DNA of 64,000 nt from Eledone cirrhosa (GCA_964016885.1 OZ024764.1:14508001-14572000); one strand, 5' to 3'. Shown: positions 11,058 through 24,993, counted from the first letter of the stretch. Notes: a model not told the origin generated them from the sequence alone. Numbers and translations are program-made.

Positions 11058-11995
11058 TCATCATTATCATCATCTTCGTTTAACGTCCATCTTCCACGCT
11101 AGCATGGGTTAGACGGGAGTTGCCCCACTTGAGGCAGGGTTGGTCAGGGGACCGTGTCTCGCTCGTATAGGACTATCTGGCAGATTTTCTACGGCTGGAT
11201 GCCCTTCCTAACACCAACCACATTTACAGTGCGGAACTGGGAACGTTTTACCGTGTTCCCTACACGGCCACATTACAGCGTGGACTGTGTTTTTTCTCAT
11301 GACACCTACACGGCCACATTACAGCGTGGACTGTGTGTGTTTTTGTCGTGACACCTACACGGCCACATTACAGCGTGGACTGTGTGTTTTTGTCGTGACA
11401 CCTACACGGCCACATTACAGCGTGGACTGTGTTTTTTCTCATGACACCTACACGGCCACATTACAGCGTGGACTGTGTTTTTTCTCATGACACCTACACG
11501 GCCACATTACAGCGTGGACTGTGTGTTTTTGTCGTGACACCTACACGGCCACATTACAGCGTGGACTGTGTTTTTTGTCATGACACCTACACGGCCACAT
11601 TACAGCGTGGACTGTGCGTTTTTTGTCATGACACCTACACGGCCACATTACAGCGTGGACTGTGTGTTTTTGTCGTGACACCTACACGGCCACATTACAG
11701 CGTGGACTGTGCGTTTTTTGTCATGACACCTACACGACCACATTACAGCGTGGACTGTGCGTTTTTTGTCATGACACCTACACGACCACATTACAGCGTG
11801 GACTGTGCGTTTTTTGTCATGACACCTACACGGCCACATTACAGCGTGGACTGTGTGTTTTTTTTTGTCGTGACACCTACACGATCTCAATCTCATTATC
11901 TCATTTATTTGGACTGGATGTTGTGGTACCAACTTTACAGAGAGGGGGTGGTGTTGGTGGGAGTGGGAGGGTAGGGGTAGTAGATTGGGGTGTAT
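11058..11995 (-). mobile_element. Retroposon family C with a 46-49 bp unit amplified about 13 times
   Basis: Repeated cctacacggccacattacagcgtggactgtg; family C tail and head present. Confidence 0.78.
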
Positions 11996-12265
11996 ATTTG
12001 GTTAAGAGGTGTCTACTGACAGTAGGTTTTGCTTTGTACATATATATGTGTGAGTGTGTGTGTGTATAAGCAGCAAATTGACAGTCATTAGAGCGTCAGT
12101 TAGAATGCTTTATGGTATTCGTTCTGGCTTTCTGCTCTCTGAGTTCAAATCCCGCTGAGGTCAACTTTGCCTTTCATCATTTCGAGGTCGATAAAATGAA
12201 GTAGGTTTTTCCTGTCAGCATGGCTTGGCAAGATATTTAGAACGCTGGTTTGAGACCTTTATTTC

Positions 12266-12300
12266 CCTCTGAAGAAGAGATATTATCTCGAAAATTAAGG
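12266..12300 (+). ncRNA. Ultra-minimal hammerhead
   Basis: cct-CTGAAGA-a-gaga(tatta)tctc-GAAA-at-TA-agg; AATT palindrome in place of stem III. Confidence 0.6.
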
Positions 12301-12459
12301 ACATTTAAATAAATCTAAGGTAAAAGACGAATTGTCAACAATATCTTTTGCAATTTCATTCCTTTTTCTATGTCCATACCTGCATTGTTTTGGCTTTATT
12401 ATACATATATAAACGTTTATACCTCATTACACAATAATTCAAGTGAACTATAACCTCCT

Positions 12460-12494
<35 letters not shown>

Positions 12495-12810
12495 GAGGTT
12501 ATATTTAATTTGTTGGAATTCAACAAGCTTAAAAATTTTTATAACTGATATAAAGCACTCAACAAGTTAGTGGAGTAAATATACAATATATTAATAAATG
12601 GAAACTATATTTATAAAACCATAATTATTTTATTATATATATTTCAAGGGAGACCAAGGTAGATTATGGTGCGCTTTCATCAGATAAAATACAGATTTGT
12701 TTTATAAATAAATATTGGCATACCCGGAAAAAAGACAACCTCAACAGTTGAAATTCGCTGGATTGTCTTTTTTCTGGGTATGTCAATATTTATTTATAAA
12801 ACAAATTTTG

Positions 12811-12876
12811 TATTTTATCTGATGAAAGCGCACCATAATTTACCTTGGTCGCCCTTGAAATATATATAATAAAATA
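12811..12876 (+). ncRNA. Minimal hammerhead (mirror copy on - strand at 12626-12691)
   Basis: tattttat-CTGATGA-aagcgcacca...tggtcgccctt-GAAA-tatata-TA-ataaaata; stem I 8 bp. Confidence 0.82.
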
Positions 12877-13580
12877 ATTATGGTTTTATAAATATAGTTT
12901 CCATTTATTAATATATATATATATAGTATTAAGGATACTATTTATGGTTATGTATATACTAAAACTTTTTATATTTATGTATATTTTAAACCCTAAACAG
13001 TGAAAGACAGTAATTTATTACTACCTTATTACCAGGAAGATAAATAGCTCAATGTAATAACATCAGTTGTTCTACAGAGCAGTTATATAGAATTCACAGG
13101 AATCAAAGTTATGTTCAAACCATTTATTAGCTTACAATTGTTTCATCCAAACCGAGGTTTGGAGTCTTCGGAGCATTTATCAATGTTTGTATACATACAT
13201 GACCTCCTTTCCAACGCAAGAGACATACAGATACATATGTATATGTGGTTGGTGTTAGGAAGGGCATCCAGCTGTAGAAAACCTGCCAGATAGTCCTATG
13301 CGAGCAAGACAAACACTCTTGCCTCAAGTGGGAAAACCCCCGTCCAAACCCATGCAAGCGTGGAACACGGACGTTAAACGTTGATGATGATGATGATGAT
13401 GATGCACAGTGGGGTCACATATATTATATTATTTCTGAATGTCGCATATATATATACACACACACACATATATATACCACCCCACTCTCAAGAGCGTGAA
13501 ACTAATAAACCTTTGTTCGTACTGCCTCTCTGTTTTGTTCCCGTTCAATTTTTCACTATATATATATATATATATGTTTG

Positions 13581-13735
<155 letters not shown>

Positions 13736-13917
13736 CATATATTATATTATTTCTGAATGGCAATTTAAATTCAAAAATTAAAATCATATTAAAACATATT
13801 AAAGCAGAATCAAAGCAAAATTAAAATTAAAATACAACATCGGCAGTTAACGTAGATAATGCAAGAGGATAGTTTGTTAGGAAAGGAGGTCATGTATGTA
13901 TACAAACATTGAAAAAT

Positions 13918-13962
13918 GCTCTGAAGACTCCAAGCCTCGGTTTGGATGAAACAATTGTAAGC
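13918..13962 (+). ncRNA. Minimal hammerhead about 80 nt upstream of exon C
   Basis: gct-CTGAAGA-ctccaagc(ctcg)gtttggat-GAAA-caattg-TA-agc. Confidence 0.78.
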
Positions 13963-14042
13963 TAATAAATGGTTTGAGCATAACTTTGATTGCTGTGAAT
14001 TCTCTATATATGTATATATATCTATACATATGTTTATTGTAG

Positions 14043-14110
14043 ATATAGCCAGACAGTTGGAAAGTAGCCGAGAAAGATCTGAACAACTGTCTGATGACAA
14101 AGACAAACTG
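14043..14110 (+). CDS. CLIP1: CLIP1-like exon C (DIARQLESSRERSEQLSDDKDKL)
   Basis: Acceptor tttattgtag, donor gtaagt; 68 nt, phase 1 to 0. Confidence 0.85.
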
Positions 14111-14231
14111 GTAAGTTGTTGTTATTGTTGTTATTGTTGTTATCATTACTATGGTTGTTGTTGTTGTTGTTGTTATTCACCTATCATGTCTGTCTTTCAT
14201 TCACCCTTTCTTTCTTTTTCTTTTTTCTCTT

Positions 14232-14265
<34 letters not shown>

Positions 14266-14904
14266 TTTGTTGTTGTTGTTGTTGTCTGTGAACGTAGTTG
14301 AGAATTTGATATCATTTAACGCATCCTCCCCCATCCCCCCCCCCCATCAACCGACCGACACCCCCGCTACTATCACTACTACCACTGCCACCACCGCTGT
14401 CATCATTGTCACCACCACCACCACCACCTCCTCGTCGTCGCCCTTTCATCACCATCATCACCATCATCACATCCACTGCCACCACCATCACCAACACCAC
14501 CACCATCACCACCATCACCACTACCACCACCACCACCACCACCACCACCATGTCATTAGCATCATCACCACAACCACCATCATAATCATTATCATCACCT
14601 CAACTACCACTACCACCACCACCACCACCACCACCTACCATCACATCACATCACTTCAACTACCACCACCACCACCTACCACCACCCACCACCACTACCA
14701 CCTCTATCGTCACTTCAACTACCACCATAACCACCACCACCATCACCACCATCATCACCATCACCACCACCACCACCATCACCACCATCACCACCATCAC
14801 CACCATCACCACTACCACCATGTTGTTGTTGTTTTTTGCACACCTGTATATATTTTTCCGATTGTCTGTAGCTCCACATTGTGCCAGTAATGCCAGGTAA
14901 CATC

Positions 14905-14935
<31 letters not shown>

Positions 14936-14964
14936 ATTCCTGTGTGTATATATACACATACACA

Positions 14965-15005
<41 letters not shown>

Positions 15006-15077
15006 TTGGCGTAGCAATGAAGTCTTTACAATAGTAGGCTGTGTGTCGTATATAGCAGTACATCTAGTTAATATTAG

Positions 15078-15260
15078 TTGGATTGGCAGTATCGGTAGAG
15101 GGTCAGACACCATGCTTTCCAGCATAGTTACGTCCCTTTACGATCTGAGTTCAAATCCCGCCGAGGTTGACTTTGCCTTTCATCCTTACGGGGTCGATAA
15201 AATAAAGTACCAGTAATGCACTGGGTAATTGCTGGACTTGTGCCTAAAGTAGAAACAATA
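15078..15260 (+). mobile_element. SINE family B (other copies at about 12070, 25530, 33849, 45405, 47060(-), 50250, 60205(-))
   Basis: tggattggcagtatcggtagag ... gagttcaaatcccgccgagg ... ggggtcgataaaataaagtaccag. Confidence 0.75.
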
Positions 15261-15534
15261 TTAGTTGGAATTTAAACTTTGTTGTACGTGTGTGATATTC
15301 TGTATGAATGCTGTATTTTGTCACAGGCCGATGCATAATTATTTTGCTGTCATTCTTGTGAGTTTATAACACACATCAAACTGCTCAATTTACAAACGAT
15401 GTTTTCCAGTGGAGAAGAGTGGCAATGATCAAACAATCACCGTATATTCCAAGCTTAAATTTGTGCAATTGTTGGATGTTCAAGTTGTTAGCCCTTTAGC
15501 ATTTAAACTGGTCGTATCCGGCCAAAATTCTCCC

Positions 15535-15680
15535 ACTTCATTAGAAGAGGTGGTAGATGAATTATTGCAGTGGTGTCGACAAATGCCGGAAGAACAGTTC
15601 CAGAAAGAGTTAAATGCTTTGCATAAGGACTGTAAAGATGTTATTGTATTCTGTGGAGATTGTGTTGGAGAATATATAAA
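15535..15680 (+). mobile_element. Probable mariner transposase C-terminal relic
   Basis: SLEEVVDELLQWCRQMPEEQFQKELNALHKDCKDVIVFCGDCVGE resembles mariner C-termini. Confidence 0.45.
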
Positions 15681-15739
15681 TTTTAGTTTTAATATGTCTA
15701 TCTTTCTAAGTTTAAAGAGTTATTCTAAAGACTTTATTG

Positions 15740-15763
15740 CCGTGCCAAGTATATATATATATG

Positions 15764-15818
<55 letters not shown>

Positions 15819-15905
15819 CTCTTTGTATGTGTACATATATACACCTTTGTATGTGTACATATATACACCTCTGTGTGTATACATATATATATATATACAC
15901 TTGTG

Positions 15906-15941
<36 letters not shown>

Positions 15942-16671
15942 TCTGTGTGTGTATGTATATCTACACACCTCTGTGTGTGTATATCTACACACTTCTGTGT
16001 GTATATCTACACACTTCTGTGTGTATATCTACACACCTCTGTGTGTGTATATCTACACAATTCTGTGTGTATATTTACACACCTCTGTGTGTGTATATCT
16101 ACACACCTCTGTGTGTGTATATCTACACACCTCTGTGTGTGTATATCTACACACCTCTGTGTGTGTATATCTACACACCTCTGTGTGTGTATATCTACAT
16201 GCCTCTGTGTGTGTATATCTACACACTTCTGTGTGTATATCTATATACCTCTGTGTGTGTATATCTACACACCACTGTGTGTGTGTGTGTATATCTGCAT
16301 ACCTGTGTGTGTATATCTACACACCTCTGTGTGTGTATATCTACACACCTCTGCGTGTGTATGTGTGTGCCGTTCATTACACTCTCATAATCACCACCAC
16401 CACCACCACCATCCCCTTCCAAATAATAATAATAATAATAATATTACAACACACAATATAGACCCCCCCCTCCTCTCCCATCGTGTTTCCTTCTTTTTTT
16501 GGTGCTCGCTCGCTCGATCAGTCATGCATCTCATTGTGCAGTCGTGGTGCATCTTATTGTGGCTTTTGATGTTGACTGACTGTTTTTTTTTTTTTTTTTT
16601 TTTTCATTGCGCACGTGCCTGTACACACATCTGTATATGCATACATCTATATATACACACACAGATACATG

Positions 16672-16702
<31 letters not shown>

Positions 16703-17210
16703 GCATACATCCATACATATACACACATACACATCTGTATATGCATACATCTATATATACACACATATACATGCACACACACACACATATATATATGCAT
16801 ACATCCATACATATACACACATACACATCTGTATATGCATACATCTATATATACACACATATACATGCACACACACACACACACACGCACACATATATAT
16901 ATATGCATACATCCATACATATACACACATACACATCTGTATATGCATACATCTATATATACACACATATACATGCACGCACACACATATATATATATGC
17001 ATATATGCATACATCCATACATATACACACATACACATCTGTATATGCATACATCCATACAACCACACACACATACACACATACACACACATATATATAT
17101 ATATATATATATGCATGCATCTGTCCACGCATACAACTACACACAAACACACACACACATGTACATTCATACATCCATTTATAAACATATATATTTACAT
17201 ACACACATAA
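15740..17210. repeat. Compound (TA)n/(CA)n microsatellites and 24-bp minisatellite
   Basis: Direct inspection. Confidence 0.9.
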
Positions 17211-17569
17211 ATATGTAACCCCTTGTTGAGTCAAACAACGCTGTACGCTAAAACTATCCACAATACGAAGTATTCACAACCTCTAACTGGATTACCTATA
17301 ACGATATTTTGTTATCCCTTATATATATATATCATCACCATCATCATCATCATCGTTTAACGTCCATCTTCCATGCTAGCATGGGTTTGGATGGGAGTTT
17401 TCCCACTTGAGGCAAGATTGGTTGTCTTGCTCGCATAGGACTGTCTGGCGGGTTTTCTACGGCTGGGTGCCCTTCCTAACACCAACCACGTTTACAGTGT
17501 GGACTGGGAGGTTTTTACCGTGTTACCTACACAGCCACATTACAGCGTGGACTATATATATATATATAT

Positions 17570-17908
17570 GGAGGCACATGGCTTAGTGGTTAGAGCATTG
17601 GCCTTGCAATCGAAAGGTTGTGAGTTCAATTCTCAGACCGGGTGATGTGTTGTTTCCTTGAGCAAGACACTTTATTTCACATTGCTCCAGTTTACTCAGC
17701 TGTAGAAATGAGATGATAGGGACTGGGGTCCCTATCATTCCACTGTAGAGTGGTCGTGGAGGTGACACGGCAAAAAAGCACCCAGCACTCACTGTAAATG
17801 AGGTTGGTGTTAGGAAGGGCATCCAGCTGTAGAAATCAAGCCAGAATCAGTTCCCGTCCCACCCTTGCAAGCAGGGAAAAGCGGACGTAAAATGATGATG
17901 ATGATGAT
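17570..17908 (+). mobile_element. SINE family A, full length (also 54446-54790, 55059-55400; partial 9787-9965, 10433-10655, 25255-25513)
   Basis: tRNA-like head, ggttggtgttaggaagggcatccagc body, RTE-like tail, (ATG)n end. Confidence 0.88.
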
Positions 17909-17943
17909 ATATATATATATGCTTCAGTATAGCATACAACCCT

Positions 17944-17988
<45 letters not shown>

Positions 17989-18574
17989 TCTTCTGTATAT
18001 GCGTACAACCACATGCACACACATACACATGCACACACACACACACACATATATATAATTCCAAATAAAAAACGTTGGTTAATCAAACAATCTACTGATC
18101 ATGATGTAAACAGATGTAAGCACCCCACGTCAGGTATTCCTTAAGGTGTTACCTATAAAGTAGCAGATGGAGTGTCAATATTATAAAAAAGGGGACGGAT
18201 GGTATCGGGTACACATCTATATACATTTACATATATACACACAACGCATATACATTCATGTATATATACACACAACGCATATATATACATTCACATATAT
18301 ACACATAACACGTATATATATATATATATATATATTCATGAATATAGACAAAACACATACACACATATACACACACATGTACACATATGTATAAATATGA
18401 TATAGTTATTTTCTGGTCCCTTTTTTTCCTTCTCCTCTGTTAAACTCTTGCATCCCTCTAATCTTAAGTATGTGTTTGTGTGTGTGTAGTAGATCCTTGG
18501 GGGTAGGGGCAGTGATACTGATGATGTTTTGCTTTAATTGTCGTAGAGGTAGAATAGACAGAGAGGGGAGACAG

Positions 18575-21500
18575 TGTATCTAGGGACTGGGGTGTGTTTG
18601 TTTGTCAGGAGCAGAGGCTGTGTATCTAGGGTCTGGGGTGTGTTTGTTTGTCAGGAGCAGAGGCTGTGTATCTAGGGTCTGGGGGGTGTTTGTTTGTCAG
18701 GAGCAGAGGCTGTGTATCTAGGGACTGGGGTGTGTTTGTTTGTCAGGAGCAGAGGCTGTGTATCTAGGGTCTGGGGGGTGTTTGTTTGTCAGGAGCAGAG
18801 GCTGTATATCTAGGGTCTGGGGTGTGTTTGTTTGTCAGGAGCAGAGACTGTGTATCTAGGGTCTGGGGTGTGTTTGTTTGTCAGGAGCAGAGGCTGTGTA
18901 TCTAGGGACTGGGGTGTGTTTGTTTGTCAGGAGCAGAGGCTGTGTATCTAGGGACTGGGGGGTGTTTGTTTGTCAGGAGCAGAGGCTGTATATCTAGGGT
19001 CTGGGGTGTGTTTGTTTGTCAGGAGCAGAGGCTGTGTATCTAGGGACTGGGGTGTGTTTGTTTGTCAGGAGCAGAGGCTGTGTATCTAGGGTCTGGGGTG
19101 TGTTTGTTTGTCAGGAGCAGAGGCTGTATATCTAGGGACTGGGGTGTGTTTGTTTGTCAGGAGCAGAGGCTGTGTATCTAGGGACTGGGGTGTGTTTGTT
19201 TGTCAGGAGCAGAGGCTGTGTATCTAGGGTCTGGGGGGTGTTTGTTTGTCAGGAGCAGAGGCTGTATATCTAGGGACTGGGGGGTGTTTGTTTGTCAGGA
19301 GCAGAGGCTGTATATCTAGGGACTGGGGGGTGTTTGTTTGTCAGGAGCAGAGGCTGTATATCTAGGGTCTGGGGTGTGTTTGTTTGTCAGGAGCAGAGGC
19401 TGTGTATCTAGGGACTGGGGTGTGTTTGTTTGTCAGGAGCAGAGGCTGTGTATCTAGGGTCTGGGGTGTGTTTGTTTGTCAGGAGCAGAGGCTGTGTATC
19501 TAGGGACTGGGGTGTGTTTGTTTGTCAGGAGCAGAGGCTGTGTATCTAGGGTCTGGGGTGTGTTTGTTTGTCAGGAGCAGAGGCTGTATATCTAGGGTCT
19601 GGGGTGTGTTTGTTTGTCAGGAGCAGAGGCTGTGTATCTAGGGACTGGGGTGTGTTTGTTTGTCAGGAGCAGAGGCTGTGTATCTAGGGTCTGGGGGGTG
19701 TTTGTTTGTCAGGAGCAGAGACTGTGTATCTAGGGTCTGGGGGGTGTTTGTTTGTCAGGAGCAGAGACTGTATATCTAGGGTCTGGGGGGTGTTTGTTTG
19801 TCAGGAGCAGAGGCTGTATATCTAGGGTCTGGGGTGTGTTTGTTTGTCAGGAGCAGAGACTGTGTATCTAGGGACTGGGGTGTTTTTGTTTGTCAGGAGC
19901 AGAGGCTGTATATCTAGGGTCTGGGGTGTGTTTGTTTGTCAGGAGCAGAGACTGTGTATCTAGGGACTGGGGTGTTTTTGTTTGTCAGGAGCAGAGGCTG
20001 TATATCTAGGGTCTGGGGTGTGTTTGTTTGTCAGGAGCAGAGACTGTGTATCTAGGGACTGGGGTGTTTTTGTTTGTCAGGAGCAGAGGCTGTATATCTA
20101 GGGTCTGGGGTGTGTTTGTTTGTCAGGAGCAGAGACTGTGTATCTAGGGACTGGGGTGTTTTTGTTTGTCAGGAGCAGAGGCTGTATATCTAGGGTCTGG
20201 GGTGTGTTTGTTTGTCAGGAGCAGAGACTGTGTATCTAGGGACTGGGGTGTTTTTGTTTGTCAGGAGCAGAGGCTGTATATCTAGGGTCTGGGGTGTGTT
20301 TGTTTGTCAGGAGCAGAGACTGTGTATCTAGGGACTGGGGTGTTTTTGTTTGTCAGGAGCAGAGGCTGTATATCTAGGGTCTGGGGTGTGTTTGTTTGTC
20401 AGGAGCAGAGACTGTGTATCTAGGGACTGGGGTGTTTTTGTTTGTCAGGAGCAGAGGCTGTGTATCTAGGGACTGGGGTGTGTTTGTTTGTCAGGAGCAG
20501 AGGCTGTGTATCTAGGGACTGGGGTGTTTTTGTTTGTCAGGAGCAGAGGCTGTGTATCTAGGGACTGGGGTGTGTTTGTTTGTCAGGAGCAGAGACTGTG
20601 TATCTAGGGACTGGGGTGTTTTTGTTTGTCAGGAGCAGAGGCTGTGTATCTAGGGACTGGGGGGTGTTTGTTTGTCAGGAGCAGAGGCTGTGTATCTAGG
20701 GTCTGGGGGGTGTTTGTTTGTCAGGAGCAGAGGCTGTGTATCTAGGGTCTGGGGGGTGTTTGTTTGTCAGGAGCAGAGACTGTATATCTAGGGTCTGGGG
20801 GGTGTTTGTTTGTCAGGAGCAGAGGCTGTGTATCTAGGGTCTGGGGGGTGTTTGTTTGTCAGGAGCAGAGGCTGTATATCTAGGGTCTGGGGTGTCTTTG
20901 TTTGTCAGGAGCAGAGACTGTGTATCTAGGGACTGGGGTGTGTTTGTTTGTCAGGAGCAGAGGCTGTATATCTAGGGTCTGGGGTGTGTTTGTTTGTCAG
21001 GAGCAGAGACTGTGTATCTAGGGACTGGGGTGTTTTTGTTTGTCAGGAGCAGAGGCTGTGTATCTAGGGACTGGGGTGTGTTTGTTTGTCAGGAGCAGAG
21101 ACTGTGTATCTAGGGACTGGGGTGTTTTTGTTTGTCAGGAGCAGAGGCTGTGTATCTAGGGACTGGGGTGTGTTTGTTTGTCAGGAGCAGAGACTGTGTA
21201 TCTAGGGACTGGGGTGTTTTTGTTTGTCAGGAGCAGAGGCTGTGTATCTAGGGACTGGGGTGTGTTTGTTTGTCAGGAGCAGAGGCTGTGTATCTAGGGT
21301 CTGGGGGGTGTTTGTTTGTCAGGAGCAGAGGCTGTGTATCTAGGGTCTGGGGGGTGTTTGTTTGTCAGGAGCAGAGACTGTATATCTAGGGTCTGGGGGG
21401 TGTTTGTTTGTCAGGAGCAGAGGCTGTGTATCTAGGGTCTGGGGGGTGTTTGTTTGTCAGGAGCAGAGGCTGTATATCTAGGGTCTGGGGGGTGTTTGTT

Positions 21501-24280
21501 TGTCAGGAGCAGAGACTGTATATCTAGGGTCTGGGGTGTGTTTGTTTGTCAGGAGCAGAGACTGTGTATCTAGGGTCTGGGGGGTGTTTGTTTGTCAGGA
21601 GCAGAGGCTGTGTATCTAGGGTCTGGGGGGTGTTTGTTTGTCAGGAGCAGAGGCTGTGTATCTAGGGACTGGGGTGTGTTTGTTTGTCAGGAGCAGAGGC
21701 TGTGTATCTAGGGACTGGGGTGTGTTTGTTTGTCAGGAGCAGAGGCTGTATATCTAGGGACTGGGGGGTGTTTGTTTGTCAGGAGCAGAGGCTGTGTATC
21801 TAGGGTCTGGGGTGTGTTTGTTTGTCAGGAGCAGAGGCTGTATATCTAGGGTCTGGGGTGTGTTTGTTTGTCAGGAGCAGAGGCTGTATATCTAGGGTCT
21901 GGGGTGTGTTTGTTTGTCAGGAGCAGAGGCTGTGTATCTAGGGACTGGGGTGTGTTTGTTTGTCAGGAGCAGAGGCTGTGTATCTAGGGTCTGGGGGGTG
22001 TTTGTTTGTCAGGAGCAGAGGCTGTGTATCTAGGGTCTGGGGGGTGTTTGTTTGTCAGGAGCAGAGGCTGTGTATCTAGGGTCTGGGGTGTGTTTGTTTG
22101 TCAGGAGCAGAGACTGTATATCTAGGGTCTGGGGGGTGTTTGTTTGTCAGGAGCAGAGACTGTATATCTAGGGTCTGGGGGGTGTTTGTTTGTCAGGAGC
22201 AGAGACTGTATATCTAGGGTCTGGGGGGTGTTTGTTTGTCAGGAGCAGAGGCTGTGTATCTAGGGTCTGGGGGGGTGTTTGTTTGTCAGGAGCAGAGGCT
22301 GTGTATCTAGGGTCTGGGGGGTGTTTGTTTGTCAGGAGCAGAGGCTGTGTATCTAGGGACTGGGGTGTGTTTGTTTGTCAGGAGCAGAGGCTGTGTATCT
22401 AGGGTCTGGGGTGTGTTTGTTTGTCAGGAGCAGAGACTGTATATCTAGGGTCTGGGGGGTGTTTGTTTGTCAGGAGCAGAGACTGTATATCTAGGGTCTG
22501 GGGGGTGTTTGTTTGTCAGGAGCAGAGGCTGTGTATCTAGGGTCTGGGGTGTGTTTGTTTGTCAGGAGCAGAGGCTGTGTATCTAGGGACTGGGGTGTGT
22601 TTGTTTGTCAGGAGCAGAGGCTGTGTATCTAGGGTCTGGGGGGTGTTTGTTTGTCAGGAGCAGAGGCTGTGTATCTAGGGTCTGGGGTGTTTTTGTTTGT
22701 CAGGAGCAGAGGCTGTGTATCTAGGGTCTGGGGTGTGTTTGTTTGTCAGGAGCAGAGGCTGTGTATCTAGGGACTGGGGTGTGTTTGTTTGTCAGGAGCA
22801 GAGGCTGTGTATCTAGGGTCTGGGGGGTGTTTGTTTGTCAGGAGCAGAGGCTGTGTATCTAGGGTCTGGGGGGTGTTTGTTTGTCAGGAGCAGAGGCTGT
22901 ATATCTAGGGTCTGGGGTGTGTTTGTTTGTCAGGAGCAGAGGCTGTGTATCTAGGGTCTGGGGTGTGTTTGTTTGTCAGGAGCAGAGGCTGTGTATCTAG
23001 GGACTGGGGTGTGTTTGTTTGTCAGGAGCAGAGGCTGTGTATCTAGGGACTGGGGGGTGTTTGTTTGTCAGGAGCAGAGGCTGTGTATCTAGGGACTGGG
23101 GGGTGTTTGTTTGTCAGGAGCAGAGGCTGTATATCTAGGGACTGGGGTGTGTTTGTTTGTCAGGAGCAGAGGCTGTGTATCTAGGGACTGGGGGGTGTTT
23201 GTTTGTCAGGAGCAGAGGCTGTGTATCTAGGGACTGGGGGGTGTTTGTTTGTCAGGAGCAGAGGCTGTGTATCTAGGGACTGGGGTGTGTTTGTTTGTCA
23301 GGAGCAGAGGCTGTGTATCTAGGGACTGGGGTGTGTTTGTTTGTCAGGAGCAGAGGCTGTGTATCTAGGGACTGGGGTGTGTTTGTTTGTCAGGAGCAGA
23401 GGCTGTGTATCTAGGGACTGGGGGGTGTTTGTTTGTCAGGAGCAGAGGCTGTATATCTAGGGTCTGGGGTGTGTTTGTTTGTCAGGAGCAGAGGCTGTAT
23501 ATCTAGGGTCTGGGGTGTGTTTGTTTGTCAGGAGCAGAGACTGTGTATCTAGGGACTGGGGTGTGTTTGTTTGTCAGGAGCAGAGGCTGTGTATCTAGGG
23601 ACTGGGGTGTGTTTGTTTGTCAGGTGCAGAGGCTGTGTATCTAGGGACTGGGGGGTGTTTGTTTGTCAGGAGCAGAGGCTGTGTATCTAGGGACTGGGGG
23701 GTGTTTGTTTGTCAGGAGCAGAGGCTGTATATCTAGGGTCTGGGGTGTGTTTCTTTGTCAGGAGCAGAGACTGTGTATCTAGGGACTGGGGTGTGTTTGT
23801 TTGTCAGGAGCAGAGGCTGTGTATCTAGGGACTGGGGTGTGTTTGTTTGTCAGGAGCAGAGGCTGTGTATCTAGGGACTGGGGTGTGTTTGTTTGTCAGG
23901 AGCAGAGGCTGTGTATCTAGGGACTGGGGTGTATTTGTTTGTCAGGAGCAGAGGCTGTATATCTAGGGTCTGGGGTGTGTTTGTTTGTCAGGAGCAGAGA
24001 CTGTGTATCTAGGGACTGGGATGTGTTTGTTTGTCAGGAGCAGAGGCTGTGTATCTAGGGACTGGGGTGTTTTTGTTTGTCAGGAGCAGAGGCTGTGTAT
24101 CTAGGGTCTGGGGGGTGTTTGTTTGTCAGGAGCAGAGGCTGTATATCTAGGGTCTGGGGTGTGTTTGTTTGTCAGGAGCAGAGGCTGTGTATCTAGGGAC
24201 TGGGGTGTGTTTGTTTGTCAGGAGCAGAGGCTGTGTATCTAGGGACTGGGGTGTGTTTGTTTGTCAGGAGCAGAGGCTGT
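18575..24280. repeat. 46-bp satellite array, about 124 copies
   Basis: Unit tctaggg(a/t)ctgggg(t/g)gtgtttgtttgtcaggagcagag(g/a)ctgt(g/a)ta. Confidence 0.97.
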
Positions 24281-24789
24281 TATTGTAGAGGTGGAATAGA
24301 CAGTGTATCTAGGGGCTGGGGACTGGGGTGTGTCTCTTTGTCAGGAGCAGAGACTGTGTATCTAGGGACTGGGGTGTGTCTGTCTGTCAAGAGCAGAGGT
24401 TGTGTATCTAGGGGCCAGAGGCTAGAATGGGGGTTGGGTGGCCTGAGACTGGGAGTGTGTCAAGAATGCCTGTGTTGAGATGCCATAAAAACTCATCAAG
24501 CACTGAGGAACATAGACTGTTGTCGTGGCAGTAGAGGAGGCTGAAGGAGGGGTCAGGGAGCCAGAGATTTGGGGGTACGTCTGTGAGTGTTGTCTGACTA
24601 TATATACCTTTTAGTCAAGTGGCTTCTCTCAGGATATGGGTCTTGGATGTCAGCAACATCCCAGATGTAGGGAACAGTCATCTGTTGTGGGTCCCACTGG
24701 AGCTTCATAGAGGGTCATAAGCAATTGTTGAGGGTAGGAGGTTGGAGTATGATCTGGCCCTCTAGAGAAAGGACAGTCATTAGCAAATT

Positions 24790-24993
24790 TACAGGGTTCA
24801 GCTAGAAAGTTCATAGGCTGACCAAGATACTCTCATGGAATGACCAAATGTGGTTTATTTTTCAACATAGTCCTTGGAAAGTAACACATAGTAGTTATTG
24901 ATAAGAAGAGTTGAAATTAATGCATGCAAGATTTCACAGCTCTAGCATCACTCCTCCATAGTCAGACTATTGACTTTTCAGCTGACCCTCGTA
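24790..24993. mobile_element. mariner-like MITE
   Basis: Imperfect TIRs tacagggttcagctagaaagt and acttttcagctgaccctcgta. Confidence 0.6.

Noticed and set aside
14091-14105. CTGATGA motifs in exon C (and exon D at about 30976)
   Set aside because: No stem II, GAAA or stem I complementarity; ordinary coding sequence
14030-14890. 286-aa His-rich ORF
   Set aside because: Only 14043-14110 is exon; the rest is intronic simple repeat
17570-17645. tRNA gene
   Set aside because: tRNA-like A/B boxes belong to a multicopy SINE head and no complete cloverleaf is evident
18575-24280. Regular repeat array as a CRISPR-like locus
   Set aside because: Head-to-tail units with no unique spacers, in a eukaryotic context
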